From Candidatus Lumbricidiphila sp. (lineage in GTDB: Bacteria > Actinomycetota > Actinomycetes > Actinomycetales > Microbacteriaceae): a stretch of DNA of 64,000 nucleotides. Each line of letters opens with the position of its first letter. The stretch's first letter is position 1. The stretch is taken from positions 115,616 to 179,615 of the forward strand of contig DASTYN010000002.1 of NCBI GenBank assembly GCA_035764905.1, given 5' to 3'. Below the pieces are notes generated by a model. The model was not told where the DNA came from. It worked only from the letters and a program-made list of their open reading frames with translations, and searched no databases. A program made the translations under genes and the position numbers. Shown piece by piece: positions 10,028-19,226 of this stretch.

Positions 10028-12925
10028 TTAAGCGAACGCTTCCGGTGGTGGACACGAGCAGACCAAGTTCCGGTCACCGTACGCATTGTCAATGCGACGC
10101 ACCGGCGCCCAGTACTTATTGCGCACGAGCGCCTTCACCGGGTACACAGCCAGCTCACGGGAGTAGGGATGGCTCCACTCCCCCGAGATCACTGATTCGG
10201 CCGTGTGCGGGGCGTTGCAGAGCGGGTTGTCATCGGCTGGCCAGTCCCCAGCACCCACCTGATCGGCCTCAGCCTTGATTCGAACCATGGCGTCGATGAA
10301 CCGGTCGAGTTCGGCGAGGTCTTCCGACTCGGTCGGCTCGACCATGAGCGTGCCAGGTACCGGGAACGACATCGTCGGCGCGTGGAAGCCGTAGTCGACG
10401 AGGCGCTTGGCGACGTCGTCAACGGTCACCCCGGTCGCGGCGGTGAGCGGGCGGAGGTCGAGGATGCACTCATGCGCCACCCGACCGTTTTCACCCGTGT
10501 AGAGCACCGGGAAGTGCTCCGACAGACGAGCCGCCACGTAGTTTGCGGCGAGCACCGCCGACGCGGTGGCGTTCGCAAGGCCGTCAGCACCCATCATGCG
10601 CACATAGGCCCACGAAATCGGCAAGATCGACGCGCTCCCGAACGGTGCGGCCGAAATCGGCCCACCGTCGTGGCTCAGGCCACCGGCGTGCAGGTTGCGC
10701 TGCGCCATCGGATGGCCAGGCAGGTACGGCGCGAGGTGCGCCTTCGCTGCCACCGGGCCCACACCTGGGCCGCCACCACCGTGTGGGATGCAGAAGGTCT
10801 TGTGCAGGTTCAGGTGCGAGACATCCCCACCGAAATCACCGAACCGGGCGTAGCCGAGCAGTGCATTCAGGTTTGCGCCATCGACGTACACCTGGCCGCC
10901 AGCATCGTGCACGGCCTGCGTGATCGTCTTCACCTCATGCTCATACACGCCATGGGTTGACGGGTAGGTGATCATTAGCGCCGCGATCTCATTGGCGTGC
11001 TCGGCGATCTTCGCGTGCAGGTCATCGAGGTCGACGTTGCCCTGTTCATCGGTCGCAGTCACGATCACCCGCATGCCGGCGAGCACAGCGGATGCCGCGT
11101 TCGTCCCGTGCGCAGAGGCCGGAATGAGGCAGATGTCACGGTGGTCATCGCCGTTGGCGAGGTGGTAGCCGCGAATCGCGAGGAGACCCGCAAGCTCGCC
11201 TTGCGAACCGGCGTTCGGCTGCAGCGAGATGGTGTCGTACCCGGTGACCTCCGCAAGCCACGCCTCGAGCTGGGCGATGAGTTCGAGCGAGCCATCCACA
11301 TCTGATTCCGGGGCGAACGGGTGCAGGCTGGCGAGCTCTGGCCAGGTGACCGCCTGCATCTCGGTTGCCGCGTTCAACTTCATCGTGCATGAACCGAGCG
11401 GAATCATGCCGCGGTCGAGCGCGTAGTCGCGGTCGGCGAGGGTCTTCAGGTAGCGCATGAGCTGCGTCTCGGATTGGTGCGTGTTGAACACCGGGTGCGT
11501 CAAGAAGTTGCTCGTGCGGCGCAGTGCGTTTGGCACGCTCGCAGGCACGGTTTCAGCGTCGTCAACAACCACATCGGATGCCACGCCGAATGCCTGCAGT
11601 ACGAGCGCGAGGTCGGCAATGGTGGTGGTCTCGTCGACCGCGATGTGCACGGTGTCAGCGTCAACCTGCCAGAGCAGCACGCCAAGTTCATGTGCGGTCG
11701 CGACGATCTCGGCCGCGCGACCAGCAACGGCCACCTCGACGGCGTCGAAGAACTGGTCGTGGGCGAGCGTCAGCCCGGCGCCCTTCAGGGCGGCGGCCAG
11801 CGCCGCCGCCTTCTTCGCGGTGACGCGGGCGATGTGGGTGAGCCCGGTTGGGCCGTGGTACACCGCGTACATCGACGCCATCACGGCGAGGAGTACCTGG
11901 GCGGTGCAGATGTTACTGGTCGCCTTCTCGCGGCGAATGTGCTGTTCTCGCGCCTGCAGGCTGAGTCGGTAGGCGGGGTGGCCGACGGCGTCGACCGAGA
12001 CGCCAACGAGACGACCCGGCAGCTGCCGCTCAAGGCCAGCGCGCACGGCCATGAATCCGGCGTGCGGGCCACCGAAGCCCATTGGCACACCGAACCGCTG
12101 GCTGCTGCCGACGGCGACGTCGGCGCCGAGTTCGCCCGGGCTCATCACCAGGGTGAGGGCAAGCAGATCGGCCGCAACGACGACGGTCGCTCCGGTTGCT
12201 TTCGAGGCCGCGATGACCGCGGCCGGGTTCCAGAGCAGACCGGATGCCCCGGGGTACTGCACGAGGCATCCGAAGTGCGCACCGAGCGCCTCAGTGATCG
12301 TCTCAGCCGACGCGGTCTCGAGTTCGGCAAGTGCCACGAAGACGAGCTCGATGCCAACCGCATCAGCACGCGACTCCAGTAGAGCGCGGGTTTGCGGCAG
12401 CACGCCAGCGTCCACAATGAAGCGGGCTGAGGCCGACCGCGATGCCCGGCGAGCGAGCAGCATCGCCTCGACGACGGCGGTGCCCTCGTCGAGCATCGAC
12501 GCATTCGCCGTGGCCAGACCCGTCAACTCTTCGATCATCGTCTGGAAGTTGATGAGCGCCTCGAGGCGTCCCTGCGAGATCTCTGGCTGGTACGGCGTGT
12601 AGGCGGTGTACCAGCTCGGGTTCTCGAGCACGTTGCGCTGAATTGGCGCTGGCGTGATGGTGCCTGAGTAGCCAAGGCCGATCATCGAGGTGCGCGGCTT
12701 GTTGCGCGCTGCAAGTTCGCGAAGCTCACCAATCGCCTCACGCTCCGTCGCCGCCGCCGGAATCACCGATTCGAGTACCTGTGCCATGCGGATCGCGGTC
12801 GGCACGGCATCGCTCATGAGCGCGTCGAGCGAGTCGTAGCCGATCACCCCCAGCATCTGCTGCTGGTCGGCCGGGCTGGTGCCGATGTGCCGACGCGAGA
12901 ATGCGTCGAAGGTGCCCTCGGTCAT
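10028..12925 (-). CDS. gcvP: Glycine dehydrogenase (decarboxylating), single-chain P protein
   Basis: Likely start [15 protein letters not shown] at 12925 after a GGAG RBS; [33 protein letters not shown] (PLP lysine), [10 protein letters not shown]. Confidence 0.97.
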   Translation of the reverse strand: MTEGTFDAFSRRHIGTSPADQQQMLGVIGYDSLDALMSDAVPTAIRMAQVLESVIPAAATEREAIGELRELAARNKPRTSMIGLGYSGTITPAPIQRNVLENPSWYTAYTPYQPEISQGRLEALINFQTMIEELTGLATANASMLDEGTAVVEAMLLARRASRSASARFIVDAGVLPQTRALLESRADAVGIELVFVALAELETASAETITEALGAHFGCLVQYPGASGLLWNPAAVIAASKATGATVVVAADLLALTLVMSPGELGADVAVGSSQRFGVPMGFGGPHAGFMAVRAGLERQLPGRLVGVSVDAVGHPAYRLSLQAREQHIRREKATSNICTAQVLLAVMASMYAVYHGPTGLTHIARVTAKKAAALAAALKGAGLTLAHDQFFDAVEVAVAGRAAEIVATAHELGVLLWQVDADTVHIAVDETTTIADLALVLQAFGVASDVVVDDAETVPASVPNALRRTSNFLTHPVFNTHQSETQLMRYLKTLADRDYALDRGMIPLGSCTMKLNAATEMQAVTWPELASLHPFAPESDVDGSLELIAQLEAWLAEVTGYDTISLQPNAGSQGELAGLLAIRGYHLANGDDHRDICLIPASAHGTNAASAVLAGMRVIVTATDEQGNVDLDDLHAKIAEHANEIAALMITYPSTHGVYEHEVKTITQAVHDAGGQVYVDGANLNALLGYARFGDFGGDVSHLNLHKTFCIPHGGGGPGVGPVAAKAHLAPYLPGHPMAQRNLHAGGLSHDGGPISAAPFGSASILPISWAYVRMMGADGLANATASAVLAANYVAARLSEHFPVLYTGENGRVAHECILDLRPLTAATGVTVDDVAKRLVDYGFHAPTMSFPVPGTLMVEPTESEDLAELDRFIDAMVRIKAEADQVGAGDWPADDNPLCNAPHTAESVISGEWSHPYSRELAVYPVKALVRNKYWAPVRRIDNAYGDRNLVCSCPPPEAFA

Positions 12926-12994
12926 GGGTGTGCTCCTTGGTATGCAGAAGGAATGAGCGTGAACTGATGCAGTGCGCCAGGGCGCGTCGCGGTT

Positions 12995-13016
12995 GCCGCG
13001 GGCGTTCACCCGCGGC
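12995..13016. terminator. Small GC-rich hairpin between gcvH and gcvP (possible mRNA processing or stability element)
   Basis: GCCGCGGG-cgttca-CCCGCGGC, 8-bp stem. Confidence 0.4.
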
Positions 13017-13034
13017 GGCCAAAGTCGGGTGAGA

Positions 13035-13406
13035 CTACTCGCCCGTGAGCGCGACGTATTCATCGCGGCTGAGGAGCGACGGGGTCGATGCCACGCGCAC
13101 CTTGATGAGCCATCCATCGCCGAAGGGAGCCGAGTTCACGAGCTCTGGCGAGTCGACGACAGCCTGGTTCGCTTCGACGACCTCGCCGTCGACCGGTGCG
13201 AACAGCTCACCAACCGACTTGGTCGACTCGATCTCGCCAACGACCTTGCCGGCCGCAAGCTGCGTGCCGACCTTCGGCAGGTCGACGTAGACCACATCGC
13301 CGAGCTTGTCGGCTGCGTAGTCAGTGATACCGATGGTGACGACGTCGCCGTCAACGGCAACCCACTCGTGTTCTTCGGTGTACTGGAGGCTGGTCAGATC
13401 GGTCAT
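13035..13406 (-). CDS. gcvH: Glycine cleavage system H protein
   Basis: [34 protein letters not shown] (lipoyl lysine). Confidence 0.97.
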   Translation of the reverse strand: MTDLTSLQYTEEHEWVAVDGDVVTIGITDYAADKLGDVVYVDLPKVGTQLAAGKVVGEIESTKSVGELFAPVDGEVVEANQAVVDSPELVNSAPFGDGWLIKVRVASTPSLLSRDEYVALTGE

Positions 13407-13456
13407 GGGGTGCTCCTTCGTGGGCGAGGTGGATGCTGCGAACTTGATGGTGACGG

Positions 13457-14608
13457 CTAAGCGGCCGGGGTGCCGTGGGTCTGGCGCGAGTAGAACGGCA
13501 AGGTCACCACTGACATTGGCAGGCGCGATCCGCGAAGGTCAACGAACAGTTCGGTGCCCGGGTGGCTCACGGATGGCTCGACGTACGCCATCGCAATCGG
13601 GTAGCCGAGGGTCGGCGAGAGGGCACCGCTGGTGACGATGCCGATCGGCGCGGCATCGGCGTCGTCGCTCGCAAACACCTGGTACTCGGCGCGAACAGCC
13701 CGGCGGCCTTCACCGCGCAGCCCGACCAGCACCGGCGCATCCGCCGCCGGCCCGCGCTCGACTGCCTCGCGGCCAACGAACGGGTCTGGCTTGCTGACCG
13801 CGACGACTCGGCCCAGGCCAGCCTGCACCGGGAACGTCTCGCGGCTGAGCTCGTGACCGTAGAGCGGCATACCTGCCTCAAGGCGGAGCGTGTCGCGGCT
13901 TGCGAGTCCACACGGGATCACGCGGTCGCCGCCGGTCGTGGCGAGCGCTTCCCAGAGTTCGGCTGCGCGGCCCGCTTCGATGTAGAGCTCGAACCCGTCC
14001 TCACCGGTGTAGCCAGTACGGGCAACGAGCACGTCGAGGCCATTGAAGGTCGACTTGAAGGCGCGGTAGTACTTCAGCGTGGTGACGGCCTCGTCGAAGT
14101 CGCCCTCAACTGCGGCGAATCCGGGGGTCTCGAGCAGGATCTCTCGAGCATCCGGGCCCTGCAGCGCGATCAGCGCGATGTCATCGGACTCATCGGTCAC
14201 CTTCGTGTTGAACCCGCCAGCGCGGACGGTGAGTTCGGCCGCGACCACTGCACGGTTCGACGCGTTTGCGACGACGAGGTACTCGACCTCGCCGAGGCGG
14301 TAGACGACGAGGTCGTCGATGATGCCGCCGTTGTTCGCGAGCAGCAGCGAGTACTTGGCCTGGCCGATCTCGATGACCGAGAGCTTGCCAGCAAGGGCGT
14401 AGTCGAGCGCGGCGGCCGATCCTGGGCCTTCCAACCGAATTTCGGCCATGTGCGAGAGGTCGAAGAGGCCGGCACCGGTGCGCACCGCGTGGTGCTCGGC
14501 GAGGTCTGAGGAGTAGCGGACCGGCATCTGCCAGCCCGCGAAATCGGTGAAGGATGCTCCGGCGGCACGGTGCACCGCATCGAGCGGACTGAGACGTTCT
14601 TCGGACAC
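13457..14608 (-). CDS. gcvT: Glycine cleavage system aminomethyltransferase T
   Basis: Likely GTG start at 14608; [43 protein letters not shown]. Confidence 0.97.
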   Translation of the reverse strand: MSEERLSPLDAVHRAAGASFTDFAGWQMPVRYSSDLAEHHAVRTGAGLFDLSHMAEIRLEGPGSAAALDYALAGKLSVIEIGQAKYSLLLANNGGIIDDLVVYRLGEVEYLVVANASNRAVVAAELTVRAGGFNTKVTDESDDIALIALQGPDAREILLETPGFAAVEGDFDEAVTTLKYYRAFKSTFNGLDVLVARTGYTGEDGFELYIEAGRAAELWEALATTGGDRVIPCGLASRDTLRLEAGMPLYGHELSRETFPVQAGLGRVVAVSKPDPFVGREAVERGPAADAPVLVGLRGEGRRAVRAEYQVFASDDADAAPIGIVTSGALSPTLGYPIAMAYVEPSVSHPGTELFVDLRGSRLPMSVVTLPFYSRQTHGTPAA

Positions 14609-14654
14609 GAGTTCTCCAACCAGATCAGGCAAATTGCGGCGGATGCCGCGAGAA

Positions 14655-14845
14655 CTCTCCCTCTGTCATGGGCCTGAGAGTTTCACGCAGTTGCGTTTTC
14701 ACCGTGGGCGGATGCGCCGGGCTGTTGAGCACCGGGCATCACTTTTCAGAGTGGCCTCGTCATTGCGGTCTGGTACCTGAGAGATTGGCGGAGAGGCTTG
14801 CTCCTTCGGTGCCGGTGATCCGGCTCTCCCGCGATGCGTCAGTGG
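14655..14845 (-). ncRNA. Tandem two-aptamer glycine riboswitch upstream of gcvT
   Basis: Minus strand reads GGGAGAG...CACCGAAGGAGCAAG...AATCTCTCAGG (aptamer 1), then CTCTGAAAAG...CACGGTGAAAAC...AAACTCTCAGG...ACAGAGGG (aptamer 2); canonical position. Confidence 0.93.
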
Positions 14846-14964
14846 CCCGTATTCGATTGTTCGCCCAGCCTACTTGATCCGGAACCCCGCACCAACGCAA
14901 TTCTTCGTTTTTCGACCATTGGTATTGGTGCCGGCCGACTCCGGCAATCGAGCACAATGGGCGC

Positions 14965-15246
14965 ATGACTCCACGCGCAGTTGTGACCGGTGCTTCGTCG
15001 GGCATCGGGGCGGCGACGGTCCGCCAACTCATCAACCGGATGGCACGTGCTCGGCGTTGCCCGTCGGGCTGACCGCCTGGCCGAGCTCGCGGCCGAGACC
15101 GGCTGCGAGGTGCTCGAGGTCGACGTCACCGACCCGGCGAGCGTGACGGCGCTTCGCGAACATGTCGACGCCACGGGCGGCGCGCACGCGGTGGTCAACG
15201 TCGCCGGCGGAGCACGCGGTCTCGAGCCGATCGAGCGCGCGAACCC
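14965..15246 (+). pseudogene. SDR oxidoreductase (YdfG-like), 5' half; frameshifted near 15031-15035 and cut by an insertion
   Basis: MTPRAVVTGASSGIG Rossmann motif from ATG 14965; continues in the +1 frame as TGWHVLGVARRADRL...VDVTD...NVAGGARGLEPIERANP, then foreign sequence. Confidence 0.85.
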
Positions 15247-15369
15247 CACCCGGCTCGATTCGCCGCGGTCGACGAAGACTCGGCTGGCGCCGGCTGCGCG
15301 CAGCTCGGCCTCTTGCGCCTTGGGGTTTTGTTCGCGGGTGCTCACCCGCGCATAACCAACCTCGTTCAT
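15247..15369 (-). pseudogene. Serine resolvase/invertase, N-terminal ~41 codons only
   Basis: MNEVGYARVSTREQNPKAQEAELRAAGASRVFVDRGESSRV: catalytic YARVS motif; the reading then runs into antisense SDR sequence. Confidence 0.85.
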
Positions 15370-15430
15370 TCGCGACCCTCTCGGGTGCACGCCTCTTCGT
15401 CGACGCGAACCTGGCCGCGGCGAAACAAGT

Positions 15431-16205
15431 TTGGATGCGGCGTTCGGACGACGTTACGGCGCCGGTGCCCCTGTGCGCCGGGGATTCATCGAACGTCCGA
15501 CCGAAGATGAGTTGTCCCCGCTGGCGAAGCTCCTGAGTGGCACAAACGCGGCCCGCGGCGGCGGCGGCGGTAGGCTCCGCGTGCTGCTTGAGCTCACCTT
15601 GTTGTGGCAACTGGCAGCCAGCCCGCACACAACCAACCGACCAGCCCGCTATTGGGGGGGAACTGCTGCGTTTGGAAGATCCAGATCAGGCCGGCGCACG
15701 AGCGGTTCGGAGCGCGCTGCTCGAATTGGAGCGACGCGGGTTCACCCGTTCGGAGGCTCGAGGGCCAGGAAAGATGCCTGAGATCGCCTTGCTCGATGAG
15801 TCACTCAACCATACTGAGTATCGCCTCCCATACCTCCAGGCGATGGATGAGGGCCGAGAGGGACGAACCAACTATTCCCGTGTTCCCGAGTCGTTCTGGT
15901 TGTCGGGCTTGTGTGCGACGCTGAGCGGCGCTGGCATTGCCATGTATCTAATTGCGCAATCGCGAGCGGGCTGGGGAGATACCCACTCGTTCTGGATTTC
16001 ACCTAAGCAATTCGCCGCCCAGTACGACCTCGGCGACTCGACCAGGAAAAAGGGACTCCGGGAACTCGTAGGGTATGGCGTGCTCGGAGAGGAAACGAAA
16101 CTCATCGATATCACCGGTGGGAGTGGCTACCGACGCTACCGACGAAACGTCTACACTCTCGCACACGACCACCGGTCCCAGACGGTCGGGACGCCTGCTG
16201 GCTGA
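15431..16205 (+). pseudogene. Putative winged-helix DNA-binding protein (possibly replication-initiator-like), split by one extra G in a G7 run at 15654-15660
   Basis: ORF 15431 (...GGRLRVLLELTLLWQLAASPHTTNRPARYWG) joins ORF 15537 (ELLRLEDPDQAGARAVRSALLELERRGF...STRKKGLRELVGYGVL...RRNVYTL) if one G is removed. The wHTH call is pattern-based. Confidence 0.55.
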
Positions 16206-16242
16206 ATGGTGGGTAGGTTTCAGGAGCACCTACCCACCATTC
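16204..16242. terminator. Probable bidirectional terminator between two convergent genes
   Basis: Perfect 15-bp arms GAATGGTGGGTAGGT (16204-16218) and ACCTACCCACCATTC (16228-16242), 9-nt loop. Confidence 0.8.
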
Positions 16243-16246
16243 CCGT

Positions 16247-16822
16247 CTAGCTAGTGAACCGAAGTGAGTCGCCTGCGTCGTGCATGACCCCCAAGCTAGC
16301 CAGCTGGTATTGCCAACCAGTTTGAGCTCCAACGTAGTTGGGGTCGGCATACAGATTCATTCGGCACCCGCTGGCCGACTTCATCGAGTCCGCACGATCA
16401 TGCCATCCGATGTTCCCAAGGTAGTTGAACGTCCAGGTAGTACCGACGCAAGGCGTAGCGCTGCTGGAGTCGACCGTAAAGGCGACGTTCGACCCTCCGT
16501 AATTCTCGTTCTCCCACAGGTATCCAACGATGATCGTCGCGGTTGTGGCGCTGGCGATGCCAGATGGCTGAAGCTTGGAAGCAGTTGCGTCGCCCGCGAA
16601 CACCACAGGGTGGCCCGTGACCTTTGAAATCTCCGCGCGGAGGTCAGCCCCAGCAGAGACGCAATGCAATTGCTGTGTCTCGTATGGCACAAAACACTGC
16701 TCGTTCTTTGTGGAACCGCGATCGGTAGCGGCCTGCGCAGGAGCTACCTGCAGCAATGTCATCGGAATCAGTAGGGCTGTGACGAGCGCCACCGCTGGCG
16801 CAGACTAATTGTTCTAAACACT
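16247..16822 (-). CDS. Secreted beta/gamma-crystallin-like (peptidase inhibitor I36-like) protein; the true start may be frameshifted
   Basis: Signal peptide ending PAQAA; Greek-key-like LWENENYGG and LYADPNYVG; DRADSM and DAGDSL; four Cys. The RBS-preceded GTG at 16822 is out of frame with the ORF from 16792. Confidence 0.6.
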
Positions 16823-16890
16823 TGATTTCCCTTCTAGATGTGAATTACCGTTGCTCTGGGCTTACGGGACATCTTCTGAAGGTCCGCTGT

Positions 16891-16930
16891 TGAGTGCCGG
16901 TCCTGCGTCTCAAGTGAGTGCCGGCACTCA
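16891..16930 (-). terminator. Hairpin/palindrome immediately after the anti-sigma-like gene
   Basis: TGAGTGCCGG (16891-16900) can pair with CCGGCACTCA (16921-16930); 16915-16930 is also a perfect 16-bp palindrome. Confidence 0.55.
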
Positions 16931-16934
16931 GTCA

Positions 16935-17417
16935 CTACGGCGCAGGTCTGAGACCTAGGTGTTCGCAGTATCCAGCGGACGCCTGATTGTCTTGACGTGG
17001 GAAAACACCAATGATCTCGTCGGGCCTGAGACAGGCTTCCAACGCGGGAACGGCGTGGTTGACAGCTGGATCGGGTTGGTGCGATTCGCCCCAGGTCAAC
17101 GATCCATTGATCCAGAAAAGCGCACACACCTCGGTGGCGTGTGCCGCCGATAAGGTGTTGTTGTTCACGGCTTGGACGCTCGCCGAGGCCGTGGAATCGG
17201 CGCTGTAACAGTAGGTGGAATGCTTGATGGCGTCCTGGTTCGCAATGACGACGATAGCGCCAGCGGTGGCGCCAATCGATACGAGGATTGCGCCTGCGAC
17301 ACTCGCGGTCACGACGTGCGCTCGGCGCTTGGTCTCAGCGTGGATGCGCTGTGTGGTGCGATGGTGGACTCGGACCAGATCGCGTTGAGTGGGCCAGGTC
17401 GGGGTGTCGGTGTTCAC
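16935..17417 (-). CDS. Single-TM protein with a Cys-containing extracytoplasmic domain; putative anti-sigma factor
   Basis: Overlaps the ECF sigma stop by 4 bp; TM segment VVTASVAGAILVSIGATAGAIVVIA; four C-terminal Cys, ending CEHLGL. Confidence 0.6.
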   Translation of the reverse strand: MNTDTPTWPTQRDLVRVHHRTTQRIHAETKRRAHVVTASVAGAILVSIGATAGAIVVIANQDAIKHSTYCYSADSTASASVQAVNNNTLSAAHATEVCALFWINGSLTWGESHQPDPAVNHAVPALEACLRPDEIIGVFPRQDNQASAGYCEHLGLRPAP

Positions 17418-18022
17418 TGGGTTACCTCCATTTCGGCGGGCGTAATGGTGCGACGAAGCCGCGCCCTGAGCCGCGAGAGTCGGTTTCGGATCACGCCGTG
17501 GGTGACCCCGAGCTCTCGAGCTGCGAGTTCATAGCTGAGTTCTTTGAGCACGCACAGTCGGTAGATCTGTTGATCAATCTCTGACATCCGGGCTACTTCT
17601 TGGTTGGCGGCCTGCACCCACTCGTTTTGCTCCGCAACTGCCTCCGGTCCAAGTTCTGAGGACGCAAGCTCAATGCCGTCAATCGGGGTGGCGCGCGCGA
17701 GAACGGCGCCCTTGGCGAGAATTGTCCGACACTCAAGCCTGCAAACGCCGATCAACCACGGGAGCAGTGAGTCGCCTTCGAGGGTGATCCGCGCGGCCTT
17801 CTTCCAGAAGACGACAAACGTCGATTGCGTCGCGTCTTCTGCGGCTATCGCGGAACTGAGCAGACTTCTCGCGGTCCACGCGACTGGGCGCGCATAGCGC
17901 CGGTACAACACGTCAAACGCGCCATGCTCTCGGTGCCCAACCCGGGTGGTGAGCGCACTGTCGCTCAGGCCCTCTAGCCCCGTTGGCTTAGCCACCGTTT
18001 CAAGATCCGTCGTGTTGCCCAT
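17414..18022 (-). CDS. ECF-subfamily sigma-70 factor
   Basis: Region 2 AFDVLYRRYA...AEDATQSTF...LLPWLIGV; region 4 LSYELAARELGVTHGVIRNRLSRLR. Confidence 0.9.
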   Translation of the reverse strand: MGNTTDLETVAKPTGLEGLSDSALTTRVGHREHGAFDVLYRRYARPVAWTARSLLSSAIAAEDATQSTFVVFWKKAARITLEGDSLLPWLIGVCRLECRTILAKGAVLARATPIDGIELASSELGPEAVAEQNEWVQAANQEVARMSEIDQQIYRLCVLKELSYELAARELGVTHGVIRNRLSRLRARLRRTITPAEMEVTQ

Positions 18023-18226
18023 ACTTATACACGCGCACTTTCACCCATTCGTCTCAAACTAAACATGGTTCGAGTTTCTTTTTTTGGCGGGGTACGGATC
18101 TCTCTGCATGTCCGTGTGCAGGGCTGCGACGCAGGCGATGCGGTCGACCGGAATCCTGACCAGGGGTCTTCTCTGGTGCTGTCCTCGGCGACGCTGGGCG
18201 CCACGGTGCACCCAAGGTGCTCGACT

Positions 18227-18470
18227 TTAGTAGGCGACTGGGCCGCCGGTGTATTCGCTGTCCTTCTTGGGGTTGCGGGTGACCGTGGCCGTCGCCCACT
18301 TGAGATCCGGCCCGATGTGGGTTGCCTCGATGATGCGTCCGTATTGTGTGACATCGTCCTTGTTCCAGCTGATGGAGCGTTCATCCCCGACAACGATCAC
18401 CGCATCGCCGGCGTGGAGGGTGGCGGCAGCGTTGGCGCCGAGCTCGAACCGCGCCTCGAGCGGCTCATGT
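18227..18470 (-). pseudogene. ssb: Single-stranded DNA-binding protein, C-terminal half of the OB fold (plasmid/ICE type)
   Basis: GANAAATLHAGDAVIVVGDERSISW...IEATHIGPDLKWATATVTR matches the actinobacterial SSB pattern; the N-terminal half is absent. Confidence 0.7.
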
Positions 18471-18491
18471 AATGAACCGTTCGTTGCGAGC

Positions 18492-18529
18492 GCTATCACA
18501 CTGCTATCACAATGGATGCAATGTGATAT
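18492..18529. repeat. GCTATCACA direct repeat plus an inverted partial copy (operator/iteron-like)
   Basis: GCTATCACA at 18492-18500 and 18503-18511; TGTGATA at 18522-18528. Confidence 0.6.
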
Positions 18530-18573
18530 TAGCCCGTGAGCTGAGTAGTCAAGTCCGAGGGGGAGTGCGAGGA

Positions 18574-19071
18574 AACCCTCGCCGAATCTGGCGCTGGATG
18601 TACGAGGTAAACGTGCTCGGTTACCAGGCGGTGCTCGCGGCGTTGCTCCCCGCGCTTCGGCAGGGCGCGCTCGAGCACGGCGTTGCCTCGATCGCGGTGG
18701 TCACCTCGACCGCGGCCCATATGGTCGGCGTCGGCGCGGCCGGGTACAACGCGGCAAAATTTGCGGAGCGTGCGGTAACCGAGGTGCTGCGGCTGGAACT
18801 CAACGGGGAACCGATCCGGGTCATCGAGGTCGCGCCGGGGATGGTGCACACCGAAGAGTTCTCGATGGTGCGGTTCGGTGGCGATCAAGCCCGGGCCGAC
18901 TCGGTGTACCAGAACGTTGTGAACCCGCTGACCGCCGAAGATGTGGCAGGAGTCATCGTGAATGCGTTGAACCAGCCGGCGCATGTGAACCTCGACCGGA
19001 TCATCATGATGCCGGTGGCGCAGGCTGCGCCGCACGTGTTAACCCGCGGTGCACTGAAGATTCGTCAGTAG
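18574..19071 (+). pseudogene. SDR oxidoreductase, 3' half
   Basis: WRWMYEVNVLG...TSTAAH...GYNAAKF (YxxxK catalytic motif)...PIRVIEVAPGMVHTEEFS...PLTAEDVA. Confidence 0.88.
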
Positions 19072-19226
19072 CAGCGGAGCGCGCCACCACCCGAGTCGCG
19101 GTTGGGGCGAGTGCCACTGCGGCCGCCATCCCTCAAGCTGACGGCGACTGCGCCGCGCTGCATGCCCTTGATGAGTGGCAGACTTGAGTGACGGCCGCGA
19201 CCGCGGCCCGAGCCCCGAGGTGCGTC

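Larger units (their letters stand above)
15247..18578. mobile_element. 3332-bp plasmid/ICE-derived mosaic insertion inside the SDR gene
   Basis: Both SDR halves flank it; AACCC at 15242-15246 and 18574-18578; contains resolvase and ssb fragments; visibly more AT-rich than the flanks. Confidence 0.75.

Noticed and set aside
15247-18578. Idea that the insert is an excisable circle whose recombinase gene is restored on circularisation
   Set aside because: Joining the two ends in silico extends the resolvase frame by only G-F-P-R-T-P-P-R-T before a stop; no resolvase continuation appears.
19111-19120. GCCACTG, which resembles part of the cobalamin riboswitch
   Set aside because: The other conserved elements are absent and the context (nadA) does not fit.
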